A program made the translations under genes and the position numbers. The notes under the pieces were generated by a model, which worked only from the letters and a program-made list of their open reading frames with translations, had not been told where the DNA came from and did no database searches. Shown here in pieces: positions 28,290-41,985 of a DNA stretch of 64,000 nucleotides. The stretch spans positions 67,828,001 through 67,892,000 of the forward strand of contig OZ024742.1 in the NCBI GenBank assembly GCA_964016885.1, written 5' to 3'. The stretch's first letter is position 1, and each line of letters opens with the position of its first letter. The DNA comes from Eledone cirrhosa (taxonomy: Eukaryota).

Positions 28290-28300
<11 letters not shown>

Positions 28301-29570
28301 AGAATAAATGTATTGCAACTGGCGTGTGGGTTGTACATATATGGATGATCTGATGGTCAGAGTGGGGTCATGAGGACCGCGGATTGACCTCTGGTCGGCC
28401 CTGGTGATGATTATCTGTCGACATCCAATGTAGCAAGCGATGACCCAGAACTTACCAGATATCATTGTGTGTTGAAGTGATTCTGCAATCACTGAGCCTG
28501 GTCCTATGAGTAGACTGCAACCACAGAGATCATTAATTTAGAATCCTCGCTCGTCGTCTATAATAATCACTTGTGGCACCTTACGATGGGGGTTAATTCA
28601 CCATAATAATACGAACACCTTCAGCACAACTTAATAGACTACTCTATAGTTAAAACACTTTATGCTTTAGAAATTTTTTGGAAGTTGCGCATAATCATAG
28701 AAATTAGGGTCTATTTTGAGACATATTTCAATAGCTAGTAATAGAAACCTCGGAGTTACCTCCCCTCATGCATTAACTCCCCTTAGCCACACACACACTT
28801 CCGGGTAGTATTCAATGTCGATTCTCGAAACGTAACAGCCTCCTGTATTGAACTAAAGAACATCAGACTACGATCCTCAAACTGGATTGTCGAACGCTCA
28901 ATATCGAATTGTTGTGGATTATGTGAGGGGCATATAATCTGAAAAATACACTCCCCTGACTATGAAAATGTCGAAGTACATGAAGTCCATATCATCCCTT
29001 CGCTGTGCACTTCCAATACTTTTAATATTTTTAATGCTTGCACTATTTTTAATGCTTATATCATTTCTCCACACACAGACTATAACAATCATATAGAGAA
29101 TTTGCCACCAGATCAACCAACCTAACACTCTTGCTTACCTACCTAAGTGCTTCTATGACACGGAACTCTCTGCCACACTATATAAACAAGACGCACGTGC
29201 TTGCCACACATATAACATTTGCACTATATAACCGCTTATTTTCATGTTGTATTTTAACCTGTATTTTTGATTTTTGAATTTACCTTTTAATATGAATGTA
29301 ATCTCTAAGTGTGTACTGCCACTCTAAATGCTGTAATGAATGTTGACCCACAATATTTGCATATGTATCTGTATGTCTCTTGGGTGAAAAGGAGGTCATA
29401 TAACTGTCCATTCATTAATAAATTGCTCCGAAGTATCCAAACCTAGGTTTGGAGGAAGCAGTTGTAAGCACAAAAATGTTTTGAACAGCTCTTTGATTCT
29501 TTTATCTCATATAACTGCTCTGTAAATCATCTGATGTTTTTACATTGAGCTACTTAACTTACTGGTAATA
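28290..29570 (+). mobile_element. ~1.3 kb apparently non-coding element with a CCGAAG-core HHR (decayed, 29424-29470)
   Basis: Colinear, diverged homology to 43432-44695 (-); tgct-CCGAAGT-atccaaacctaggtttggag-GAAG-cagttg-TA-agca. Confidence 0.65.
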
Positions 29571-29675
29571 CGGTAGTAATATATTACTGCCTACCACTAT
29601 TTAGGGTTTGTATAGAAAAATATATATAACTGCAAAAGGTTTTTGTATTTACATAACCATAAATAGTATAATTAA

Positions 29676-29734
<59 letters not shown>

Positions 29735-29767
29735 GGAGGTGAGTTTTATTGTAGTACAATAAAGCAA

Positions 29768-29824
<57 letters not shown>

Positions 29825-30139
29825 TAGATTGAGTTAGAAACTTAAAATAGTCTTTTACAGTTAAATAGCTCAAAGAGGGGAATCTTTCCGAGCCGTGTAA
29901 TATAATTGGATATATGAGATGGATGAACACAGAAAGAGCACGGGAATTCTTGCTTTCACTTAATAATTCTTGCGAAACAGATTTAGGTCTGAGTCCAGGT
30001 ATCAAAGGCATTGGTAAACCTGGTTAGACTGCATACATTCATTATGTTATGGACAGGTCTCAGGTAGGTGGCAGTTACAATTCTTGTCATGGGCAACTTT
30101 GGTATTATTGGTGGGTAACGATGCCTGTACAAGTGTGTT

Positions 30140-30560
30140 GCCTTTTGTTTGCCTATTAGTGGGTGGATGTCCATTACATAATGAATGTATGCAGTCTAAC
30201 CTGGTTTACCAATGCACAGTCGAATCAGACAACCAGAAATGGTATTACATCGGAGCGACTGGGAATATATTTAAAGCCCGTTGGTATACACACCGTTACG
30301 CAATGAAACATTCCCAGCATCGTTATGCGACTACCCTTGCATACAAGACCTGGCAACTGAGGGAAATTAACCATCAATACACACTGAAGTAGAAATAAAT
30401 ATCGAACGCGCCCCCCTATCGGTGTGGTATGAGAAGCTGTCGATTATGTGACCTTGAGCTGTTCCACATTTGAGTTCGAAGAAGTTACTCAACAATAAAA
30501 TCGAAAGATCAATTTATTGTAACCATAGACTCAAAGAAAAGTTTTCGCACTACAAATAGA
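30140..30560 (+). pseudogene. GIY-YIG endonuclease remnant (Penelope-like); pyrimidine-rich 3' UTR extends to ~31298
   Basis: GCPLHNECMQSNLVYQCTV..YIGATGNIFKARWYTH..TTLA..W; stop at 30390, then CRLC..E motif. Confidence 0.85.
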
Positions 30561-31393
30561 ACACTTAACCCCTTACTACCACTTGTCAAACTGCTTATAC
30601 TTAGAATTTCTACCCTCTTATTGTATCTAACCCCTTTAACTACCCACAAAAACCAATACCTATATCCCTCCCTTCTCCTTAATTCCTTTTCTATTTCTTT
30701 TCGTTTTCTTCCTTTCTTCTCTCCCCCTTTTGGCTATCTTTTTTCTTCTTCTTTCTCCCCCCCCCCCACTTCTTTTTTTTATATCTATATATTTATCTCT
30801 CTATATCTCCCCCTCTCCCTCTTTCTATCCATCCCTCCCACTATTAACAATTTAATTCTCTTTAACTCACTACAACCTAAATCGACGACATGAAGTCTAC
30901 GTATCAAAACTTCTCAAGGAATCCTTCCACTTCTACCCCTCCCCCCATTTCAGTTTGTTATTCTACTTCCTAACTTTTCTCCCCCTTCCTCTCTCTCTAT
31001 ACTATTCCGTTTGTCCCCCCCCCCCCCCCCACACACACACTTTCTAATTCCTCTTCCTCTCTCTTTATACTAGTAAATACAATTCCAAAAAAATGTTTTT
31101 CTCTATATATATTAAGAACTTTTTTTAAAAGTAACTTACTCACTATTTTGAAAATTTGGACGTGAACAACAATTATCAGTGAGTGGCTGCTATTTGCAGT
31201 ATAGCAATATAAGGTTGCACTTACCTATGAAACGGTCGTAAATACCTGGATAAAATCCTTTTCTTAATGTTTACATGTGTTTGTTATCTCTTTTGTACTA
31301 TATATATATATATATATATAGAGTAAGTTATTCTGGGTTGAATCGGACGTAACCATAGTAGGTAAGGTATTCAATACATAGCAGAGTATAAAA

Positions 31394-31517
31394 GTTTTAA
31401 TATGGATGAGATTCTACAGGACTGAAACTGTTTCATTCTTGAGAAATCATCAGGATTCCTGATGATTTCTCGAGAATGAAACAGTTCTAGTCCTGTAGAA
31501 TCCATCTATATTAAAAC
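31394..31517. ncRNA. Back-to-back inverted pair of hammerhead motifs
   Basis: Palindrome centred at 31456; CTGATGA(31459)-tttctcgagaat-GAAA-cagttcta-GTC on +, mirror copy on -. Confidence 0.7.
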
Positions 31518-31528
31518 CTAAATATATA

Positions 31529-31753
<225 letters not shown>

Positions 31754-31978
31754 ATATATGATTGTGTATGTGTGTCTATATATGTATGTTTGCGTGCATG
31801 AATGAATATACTACCTTTAGATTTAGTAGAATGTCTCTCTTAATGTATTGGTCTTACATGAGGTGGATTTCTAAATAATTTGAGTGTTCGATAAACTACA
31901 TCCTCGTTTTGTTTCTCATCTATCTAGACAATATTTTAACCTGTAATCAACGTTTCATTTCTGTTCCACCTCATTTCT

Positions 31979-32065
<87 letters not shown>

Positions 32066-32297
32066 ATATTTGAATCTACTATGATTTGGGCTTACCTTAT
32101 TCATATATATATATATATATATAGTAATAAGAATATTTATATCTATATGTGTTTAATACAACTATAAATATGGAGGTTAGGACTAAGTACTAGCCGGTTA
32201 CCGGTATGACAAATGGCTCAATGCAAATTATTAAATATTTTACAGAGCCGAGATACAAAGTGTTAAAACGATCAAATTTTAGGTTAGAACATTTAAA

Positions 32298-32344
32298 TGC
32301 TGACAATTGTTTCTTCCAGAGGGAAGTCTGGATTCTTTGGAGCA
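32298..32344 (-). ncRNA. Hammerhead-like motif, core CCAAAGA
   Basis: tgct-CCAAAGA-atccagacttccctctggaa-GAAA-caattg-TC-agca. Confidence 0.6.
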
Positions 32345-32501
32345 CAGGGAATATCAAAACATGTGACTAAAATTCTAGTCATTTAGAACATTTAGGATTC
32401 ATAAGTGTTGTTAGTGTCATGGACATCATGTGGAGAATCAGGAGTTATATATATATATATGTTTTTGCATGTCAGTTACAGTCAAACTCACAATGACTAG
32501 C

Positions 32502-32568
<67 letters not shown>

Positions 32569-34221
32569 AAGAAAATTATAAACGTAAACATTAAACATGT
32601 AAGTATGTTTTTAAAACGTTGCGCGAGTTTGAAATTAGAAATTAGAAATTATAAGCTTTCACCGTATTTTAGACTAAAAAGATTTCTAGCCTGATAGTGG
32701 GGTTTATAACCCTCGGAGAAATGGAAAAAGATGAGTGTTACAGTATATATATATATAATCGTAACGTACCTTGGATAACCCAATCCCACCAACTTGGGGA
32801 CGCTGACTCAATATAAGTCTAATTTAGTCTACAACCTTATGTGTGGTGTTGCATTTTTGATTTTTAACTTTTCATTTTCGATTCGTGATGTTTAATTTGC
32901 AACTTTGATGTTGGACTTGATACTGGTCTTAAGGTTAGTGTTGTTAATTCTAACTTTGCCTGTCGTTGCTATCTACACGCCTAAAACACAAGCCGCTGGT
33001 ATATTCCACTTATGCATCCATTCCATGTACTTTTCATATATACTGTTACGAAACACATATTCTATACATTCACGATATATTCCATGTATGCATCCATTCT
33101 ATGTACATTTCATATATACTATTGTGAAAAGGTTATTCTACACATTCACACGGTCCACTGTGTCCAGCACTCATGAAACCGGTCTCGTGTGCATGGTTGA
33201 TGTGCACGTTCTCACCCAGTCCCTTGGAGCGTCAGGCCCTCTGTATCTTATATAACCCTATGCACCACAGCCCTCAAGTATTTTTATGTAACTTTATGCA
33301 CGTCCCAATAATGTCGGGGTGGCGTTTAACAGATACCCCCTCTGCATCTTTGTCATGTATACATTCCTTTTTCCAGTATTTTATTTCATCTTATTTTATT
33401 TTATTTTATTTTATTTTATATACGTTTACGCATTTATTTATATATAGGTGCCACCCATGTTATCTGTAACTAGGGCATGGCTACTACGTAGATATTACAT
33501 TTATGCATATTGTGCATGCACTTTCAGGCTTATATCGCCACATGAATGGTTTGAGTACAAGCCCCAAGAATGTTGTCTCATAATATTTTACGCGCCATGT
33601 GCACAGTTGCGTGTGTGTGTGTGGATGTGTAGGTATTCATCAAGTATGTGCTTTTTTTAGACGTATAAGCATGCCTATGCGCGGGTACATGTATGTGTGT
33701 CCACACACATATGCATACATGCATGTGTATGCATGTCTGGGTGGATGTATTTGTATGAACATGTCTGTGTAAGTAAGTGTATGCATGTGTATGTGTTGAT
33801 CTTCCATTTTTCATCTGTATATATGTACAGCGTCTTAACTATATACGTTTCCCGAGTACAGTGTGTGTGTGTGTAGATATGTGTATATTTATCAAAATAC
33901 CTTTGAATGAACTTTTTGAAAGGCTATTTCAAGCATTCTTTTAAAAACTTTCTTTTTACAGGGTTTTTCTTTTTTGAGTGTTTGTTTTTTAAGGTAATTT
34001 GAGGCGGTATTTTTCTGAAAAGTTCAGTTAAATGTTTTTCCTTTTTTTTTAATTCTTTCTAAGTATTCGCTACACATTCAATATTGAATATGAGTGGCCA
34101 AAAATACAGATGATGTGTATAATTCTTGACAACCCATAAAATGACAAAAACAAGATCTAAGCGGCCGAGTGAGGGCCACGGGTGTAACTGCACATTTGGA
34201 AACTATGCTTCGTAGAATCGA

Positions 34222-34316
34222 GACGTATCTGTAGACCTTGCGATTTCAGAGTCAGGTTAGATCATTACATCGATCGTGCCTCGAGCTGGTCGCCAGAGAA
34301 ACGATTGTAATATGTC
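34222..34316 (+). ncRNA. Hammerhead with 62 nt stem II domain (core mutated to CTGTAGA)
   Basis: gacgtat-CTGTAGA...GAAA-cgattg-TA-atatgtc; family of 46652-46746 and 49162-49257. Confidence 0.6.
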
Positions 34317-34358
34317 TAATAAATGTTATTCGTCGCAACACTGATTCTCCGTTTCTTA

Positions 34359-34407
<49 letters not shown>

Positions 34408-34600
34408 TAAAAGGAATTCCAACTTTGTCTCATTTAAACACACATAGGAATTATGAGGTTGTTACCAAAGAGCCAGAAAATTGACAAGTCGACCCTACAT
34501 GTGACTAATAACTCTAGGAAAGCCACGAATGACACCACATCTTTTTAGCTTTGATTTTGAAAGTAAGTTTATAATTATTAATTTTCATTATGCATTTGTA

Positions 34601-34707
34601 CCTGTCTCGGCGGCCTAGTTGGAGGAATCATAGACGGTCGTGATCCTGGTCAGAAGTACGATCCTGGTCGGGAGTAGGGTTCCTGATAAAACGTTTCAGT
34701 TCTTTTC
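34601..34707 (+). other. tRNA-derived Pol III-like short unit
   Basis: A-box-like ggcctagttgg, B-box-like agtacgatcc, downstream T run; homologous to 34730-34821 (-). Confidence 0.45.
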
Positions 34708-34729
34708 TATCGGATGTAAAATAATAACT

Positions 34730-34821
34730 AAAAATGTTTACATGCACCTCTCGACCAGGATTGAACCCAAGACCAGGATCTCCACCGTTTCTAGTACCTA
34801 CCGCTAGTCCACTGAGATAGC
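34730..34821 (-). other. tRNA-derived Pol III-like short unit
   Basis: Minus strand: gtggactagcgg (A box), gggttcaatcc (B box), then ttttt. Confidence 0.55.
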
Positions 34822-35481
34822 TACAGACTAGAGTGTGACAAATGCAACAACTTCTACGTAGGTAGCACCACCAGACCACTCCACATAAGAATAAAAGAAC
34901 ACCTCAATACTAACGCTTCCTCATTTAAGAAACACCTATTTAAATGCAAAAACACTGATAAAAACATAACAGTTAGGATAGAAACTAAAGAAAGAAACCT
35001 CGGCAATCTTAGAATCAAGGAAGCACTCATTATAGATAGAACACATCCACCAATCAATAATAGACTAGAGCTCAACACCCAATTTATAACCTGATAGGGC
35101 CCCTAGCCCCACTTTACACACCCCACACACACGCACGCGCACACCTCCACTTATTCTCTCCCACACATACACACACAAAACCAGTTCTTTACACCAGATA
35201 ACACCTACCCCCCCCCACTTTTACGATTAGACCTATCTTCCCACACTCACACACACACACCCACATACCTACACCTTCATGCTTTCTCCCACACACATAT
35301 ACAGGCACGCATATAAAATTTAAAAAAACACAACAAAAACATAAACAAACCCCTCTTAAAGGGAGACTACTCTTTACCCACCTAATTTTAATTCTTTGAT
35401 ATTAAAGTTAGAACTCTATACTATTTCCGGTCAGCATGGCTTCATTGGTAATTTAAGACGCTGGTCTGAGACTTTTACTTC

Positions 35482-35516
35482 CCTCCGAAGAAGAGATATT
35501 ATTTCGAAAATTAAGG
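35482..35516 (+). ncRNA. Minimal hammerhead-like motif in the pLTR, core CCGAAGA (identical copy at 38620-38654)
   Basis: cct-CCGAAGA-a-gagatattatttc-GAAA-at-TA-agg; AATT palindromic stem III; stem I only 3 bp. Confidence 0.55.
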
Positions 35517-35649
35517 ACATTTAAATAAATTCAAGGTGAAAGACGAATTCTCGTCAATATCTCTCACTATTGCATTCTTTTTTCTATGTCCATATCTGCA
35601 TTGTCTTGGCCTTATTACACATATTCTAACGTTTATACCTCATTACACA

Positions 35650-38231
35650 ATGCTTCAAGTGAACTATAACCTCCTCCTTTCATTACGCCTGAGCCAGGCC
35701 CAGTTCACAACTGTAAAGAAACTCTTCCAGCTATCTGAAAAACGCGCCAAAGCCGGCTGCCAAATAAATTTCCTAAAACGATGCCTGAATAACAACATCA
35801 TTCCCAAAACCATCAAAAAGTTACACCTACCAAGATGCTTCAATTCACCAGGCCTCAAACGATCACTCAGTTACATACAAAAATTCTGCCTAAGAAAACT
35901 CATACAACACCTACACCGCACGCTACAACATCACATACGGACTATCTCCAGCCTTGTACCACAACTCGCTGAAACCCCAGAACCTCTGTCCAAGGTCATC
36001 TCCGCCACTATAGACAGGTCATACCACCACCGCCGAGACTACGAGAAAATACGCCTAACACAAAAATTTCTCAAACTCAGGACGGCCAACTGTCTTAACA
36101 ACATCCCAACGCCAAACACCAACAGAGGCGAACAATACGTTACCAACACCGAACCTAGCGGCACCCCGACCAACAACACACCTGACACAAAACACCTCGT
36201 CACAGACTTGACAGGATCCCTCTCCCGAGAGGAATTAGATCTCCTCAGCCTGGGTCCCAAGTTCATATTGAAACAGAGACTGGACGACAGACTATGGCTC
36301 GACATAGAACGAATTTCTGTCGGACTGCCTACCAACTGAAATGGATATCGACTCTCGACAACAACACCACGGAATCCACCACACCCAGATTCCCGATATA
36401 CCAACTAGATCGCCCACTCTATCCACCGCCCGCCAACCGCGAGCTGGAAGAAAAACTCTCGAGACTAAAACATTCCGTATTTAACATCTTACGGAAACAG
36501 AAGAAGATGGCCCCTAACCTCTCCAGGACACAACAACTCGCCCTGAAGAACCTACGGAATAAGGAACTTATTTACTTACCATCAGACAAAGGTAAAGAGT
36601 TCTGCGTCATCTCTCAAGCCACATACAGTAACCTAGCCTTCGAACACCTAAGCGACAGTGAACTGTACACAGTGATCCCGGACATGACCGCAGCCCAAAT
36701 CGAAAAACAGACCAACTCCATTTGGTTCGATATCTGTAGGAGAAGACAACTCCCGAATAAAATTAAACTCAACTACACCACTAGAAATAGCAGACTGCCC
36801 ACTTTCTACCACCTCATCAAGACCCACAAGAATAGCACTAAGACGCATATAAGACCCATCGTCTCTAGCATAGAAGGACCCCTATACAAAATTTCCTGGC
36901 TTCTCTCCCAGGTCCTCAAGCCTCTACTCTCCACCTTCCCCGGACATATCAGTAGCTCCGACGAAGTTATACGTAGATTACACCAACTCCAGCCAGAACA
37001 ACTTAAACTTAATAAATACGCTTTTAGCCTCGACGTTGTCTCCCTCTACACTACAGTCCCCGCTCACCCAGCTGTCGATTTATTGACGGACTGCGTGGTC
37101 GCAGAGAACATCCACTGCTACGGCCTCCACCCGACGGACATACACCAACTTTTGTCCTTCACAGTAGACAACACGTACTTCACCTTCCACCACCACACAT
37201 ACAGACAGACAACAGGATTACCCATGGGATCCAGCCTCTCTGGCCTGCTGGCCATCACTTACATGAACCAGCTAGAATGCTGAGCCCTCAACACCTGCCA
37301 TTCCCATGCCTTCTTCACCCGATATGTAGATGACATACTCATCCTTACATCATCCCGTGAGGAGGCAGAGAAAATATACACAACATTCTCCAGCATGGAC
37401 GCCAGTATAAAGTTCAGCATAGAACACCCCGATGACCGCGGATCCCTATCCCTGCTGGACTTCCAACTCAGGGTAACAGAGGAAGGCAACATCCACACCT
37501 GCTTCTATAAAAAATCCGCCAGCAGGGACCTGTTCGTACATTTCAGATCGGCCCTCCCACTCGGTGCCAAGTTCGGATACATAAAGAACGAACTGGCACG
37601 TATCAAGAACAAATGCACCGACGCCAGAGACCGAGACACACACACCACACATTTCCTGGAAGTACTCAAACTGAACGGATACACGACATCCACCACAAAC
37701 CGTGCCAGAAAGAATAGAGGACACCACACCCGAGGCACTAACACTTGCTTCCTGAAGCTCCCACACTTCAGTGAAGAAACAACAACAGCCATCCGCAAAG
37801 CCATCAGACGAGAAGGTCTGGATATTCAACTGGCCCATTCGGGTCCTTCTTTGCGTGGACGGCTAGCTAAGAGACACTCCACCAGACATGACAACTGCTG
37901 CAGACTAGCCAACTGCCCCATCAACGACACAGACCTATGCCACCAGGCTTACGTAGTTTACAGACTAGAGTGTGACAAATGCAACAACTTCTACGTAGGT
38001 AGCACCACCAGACCACTCCACATAAGAATAAAAGAACACCTCAATACTAACGCTTCCTCATTTAAGAAACACCTAGTTAAATGCAAAAACACTGATAAAA
38101 ACATAACAGTTAGGATAGAAACTAAAGAAAGAAACCTCGGCAATCTTAGAATCAAGGAAGCACTCATTATAGATAGAACACATCCACCAATCAATAATAG
38201 ACTAGAGCTCAACACCCAATTTATAACCTGA
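35650..38231 (+). pseudogene. Penelope-like polyprotein (RT + GIY-YIG), one frameshift (~36310) and one in-frame TGA (37281-37283)
   Basis: LLSLGPKF, PSDKG, FYHLIKTHK..IRPIVS, SLDVVSLYTTVP, QTTGLPMGSSLS, RYVDDI, LLDF, VVYRLECDKCNNFYVGST..RIKEH, IKEALII..PPIN. Confidence 0.93.
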
Positions 38232-38813
38232 TAGGGCCTCTAGCCCCAATTTACACACCCCACACACACGCACGCGCACACCTCCACTTATTCTCTCTCA
38301 CACATACACACACAAAACCAGTTCTAACACCAGATAACACCTACCCCCCCCCCCACTTTTACGATTAGACCTATCTTCCCACACTCACACACACACACCC
38401 ACATACCTACACCTTCATGCTTTCTCCCACACACATATACAGGCACGCATATAAAATTTAAAAAAACACAACAAAAACATAAACAAACCCCTCTTAAAGG
38501 GAGACTACTCTTTACCCACCTAATTTTAATTCTTTGATATTAAAGTTAGAACTCTATACTATTTCCGGTCAGCATGGCTTCATTGGAAATTTAAGACGCT
38601 GGTCTGAGACTTTTACTTCCCTCCGAAGAAGAGATATTATTTCGAAAATTAAGGACATTTAAATAAATTCAAGGTGAAAGACGAATTCTCGTCAATATCT
38701 CTCACTATTGCATTCTTTTTTCTATGTCCATATCTGCATTGTCTTGGCCTTATTACACATATTCTAACGTTTACACCTCATTACACAATGCTTCAAGTGA
38801 ACTATAACCTCCT

Positions 38814-38876
<63 letters not shown>

Positions 38877-38878
<2 letters not shown>

Positions 38879-39017
38879 GGAAAATGGTCAAGACCCAGAG
38901 GGCAAATATCAAGCCGTTTCGACGGCTATTTTCCTATTACCCACCAAACTAGCCTAAGTATTCAGTACTCTGGTGTGTTAAGGTCCATCTGGTTCCTTAC
39001 CACACTTCCTTCGTTAT
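38877..39017. mobile_element. taacgaagg family copy, rearranged
   Basis: caagccgtttcgacggcta followed by the reverse-complement arm ending ccttcgtta; lies between (TA)n tracts. Confidence 0.75.
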
Positions 39018-39028
39018 ATATATGTATA

Positions 39029-39086
<58 letters not shown>

Positions 39087-39182
39087 GAGACACATACACA
39101 CACACACAATGATATTAAATAAATGGAAACTATATTTATAAAACGATATTTATTCTATTATATACATTTCAGGGATATAAGC

Positions 39183-39221
39183 ATATATACGTACATACAT
39201 ATATGTATACAGACGCACAGT

Positions 39222-39270
<49 letters not shown>

Positions 39271-39669
39271 ACATACACGCACACATATATATATGTACGT
39301 ATGGATTCACCGTAACATTTATTATAATGCTAGGTGTGTTTGTAAACAAACATCCCGAATTATGCCGTACAGTGTCTAGCAACCATCGTTGCTCATTTGT
39401 TCAACACTGACAAAGGAACGCTGTACTAGTTTCAAGCTTATTAGCTATCGTCAGCAATGTATACCTTCCTGCCAGATGGTTGAACGTCTGAAAGTATTTA
39501 CTTTCCTTATGCATATTAACGGCTGAGCAGCCTAATTTGCATATCGAGTGAGTTAATCGGCCGGGGTACCGAAAAAGATAAACGGAAAAAATGAAACGAA
39601 ATTTCATTTCTCATTCTAATATACGAAATGTTCGGTGAATCCATACGTACATATATATATGTGTGCATG

Positions 39670-39764
<95 letters not shown>

Positions 39765-39868
39765 TACTGTGCGTCCGTATACATATATGTATGTAAGTAT
39801 ACATGCTTATATTTAAGTGACAGCCGTACTAAGGGTGAGAAATGAAATTTCGTTTCATTTTTTCCGTT
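39183..39868 (-). mobile_element. Second locus of the ~420 bp retrozyme candidate; HHR at 39418-39460
   Basis: 39183-39613 is a minus-strand unit, 39626-39868 an inverted piece; acattg-CTGACGA-tagctaataagctt-GAAA-ctag-TA-cagcgt. Confidence 0.8.
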
Positions 39869-39921
39869 TTTATATATATATATATATTTAAAAGAATAGA
39901 TGTGTAACACACGAGTTATGA

Positions 39922-40233
39922 TATATTGGTAAACCGAAAAGAAAATGCTGACAAATTGTTCACAGTGAAAAATAGTTTAATTAGGAATAAGTGAAAATTA
40001 GTAATAGTATTGGTTAGTATTCAGTTTTGGTTTTAAGTTTGCTCTAATCTGATTAGAGCAAACACCACGGACGCTCTATCTCAAAATTATTTTTGAAAAG
40101 CATTAGAAATGCGCAACCGGTAAAACGTAAAACGAAAACTGAATACTAACAAATACTATTACTAATTTTCACTTATTCCTAATTAAACTATTTTTCACTG
40201 TGAACAATTTGTCAGCATTTTCTTTTCCGTTTA

Positions 40234-40240
<7 letters not shown>
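39922..40240. repeat. Fold-back element, ~115 bp arms, internal 13 bp hairpin
   Basis: 39922-40035 / 40127-40240; gtttgctctaatc-t-gattagagcaaac at 40037-40063. Confidence 0.85.
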
Positions 40241-40305
<65 letters not shown>

Positions 40306-40342
40306 TGTGTGTGTGGTGTGTGTGTGGGGTCGTGGGTGGTGG

Positions 40343-40556
<214 letters not shown>

Positions 40557-40738
40557 CATATATAATAGAATATAAAAGAAAACGAACACAGATATATACA
40601 TATATGTGTTCAAATCATAAGGGACCGGATTCGCTAAGGTGAAAAGAATACTAATTATAGACAATTGGGTTTGCTTGTCTCAATTTAAGAAAAAAATCAA
40701 GAAAATAAATACAAACCGCAATTGTGGTAGCTACCAAA

Positions 40739-40812
40739 CACCCAGACAAGTTGGTCTTGTTTCGCAATGTTAATTGTGAATAGGACTACCAATTCAAGCT
40801 CATCAGTGGGTG
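40739..40812 (-). ncRNA. Type I hammerhead ribozyme, canonical core with all three stems
   Basis: caccca-CTGATGA-gc(32 nt)gc-GAAA-caag-accaa-cttg-TC-tgggtg. Confidence 0.88.
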
Positions 40813-41864
40813 ATTATTTAGTATCCTAGACACTTCTAAGTATATTAAGAAACTGAATAGTGTGCTATATATAATAGCGCACATGGTATCTTAGCGTGTC
40901 TCAGAGACTTACACCACTGAAAATAGTAGCCAGGTTTATTATATACATATATATGCATATATATATGCATATATATACATATATATATATACATATATAT
41001 ACATATATATGCATATACATATATACGCATATATTTATACATATATATATATGTATGTATATATATATATGTAGGTATATATATATATGTGTGTGTGTGT
41101 GAATATATATATATATGTAAATGTGTGGAGTGTGTATGTGAGTGTATGTTACATTAAACTTAGTAACTACATTTGAAAATTGTGTACTACAACATATACA
41201 CATATTAGGCAATCACTACAGTAATGCTATTAAAATCAATTTAATTTACATCATTGGGTATTTCCACTTTATATTAAAATGTAATGAATTAAATAGTAAA
41301 TGCTGCGTCTACCCAAAAAATTGGAAGACAGCTTGAAATGAATACTTGACACCATTTATACGTAGGCTAAACAACAGCAGTTAAACATTCTTCAGTCATT
41401 TTCTTTCAAACCACAAATGGCACTAGCTGTTCCATCGACATAATTCTATTTTAAAATTCCGTTTCACATAATTTGCTCAAAACTTTGAAATATCTAATCA
41501 ATCAAAATGTAACCGCAAATTCCTTTAGCTAGAACACAAGTAATTCAGATTGGATTAACATGAATAATTGTTCATTTGAAGAAAATCGTAAAACTAAATA
41601 ATTACTGTATTTCATCATGGTCTAAACTAAGTTCACCCAAAATTTTATATATTGAATTAACAGTCATTAACAGCATAATATCACGTTTGGTAAACATCAG
41701 AGAAAAGCTAGAGTATTAGTATTGAGGTATATTCCAATGCTGAAATCATGTAACGCGTACTTAAATATCAATTCTAAAACTCTATTCTTGGCATTCATAT
41801 ACCTTGGACATTCATATACCTTGTAGTGATATTGAGGGATTCAGAAAGAGATATAAAAGAAGAA

Positions 41865-41985
41865 TCGACCCAATATTTGAGTGCTATTTTTCATAGACAT
41901 TTAAATGATGAATAGCAAAGTTAACCTCAACTGGATGTAAACTCAGATTGCAAAGATCCGCAACAAATACTGCAATAAATTATTT
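41865..41985 (-). mobile_element. Old degenerate SINE
   Basis: gatgaatagcaaagttaacctcaactggatgtaaactcaga resembles the SINE core and B box. Confidence 0.6.

Larger units (their letters stand above)
34822..38815 (+). mobile_element. Near-complete Penelope-like retroelement in partial tandem arrangement
   Basis: ~856 bp direct repeats 34822-35677 / 37959-38815 (ORF 3' end + 3' UTR + pLTR + ORF start); ends in (TA)n. Confidence 0.95.
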
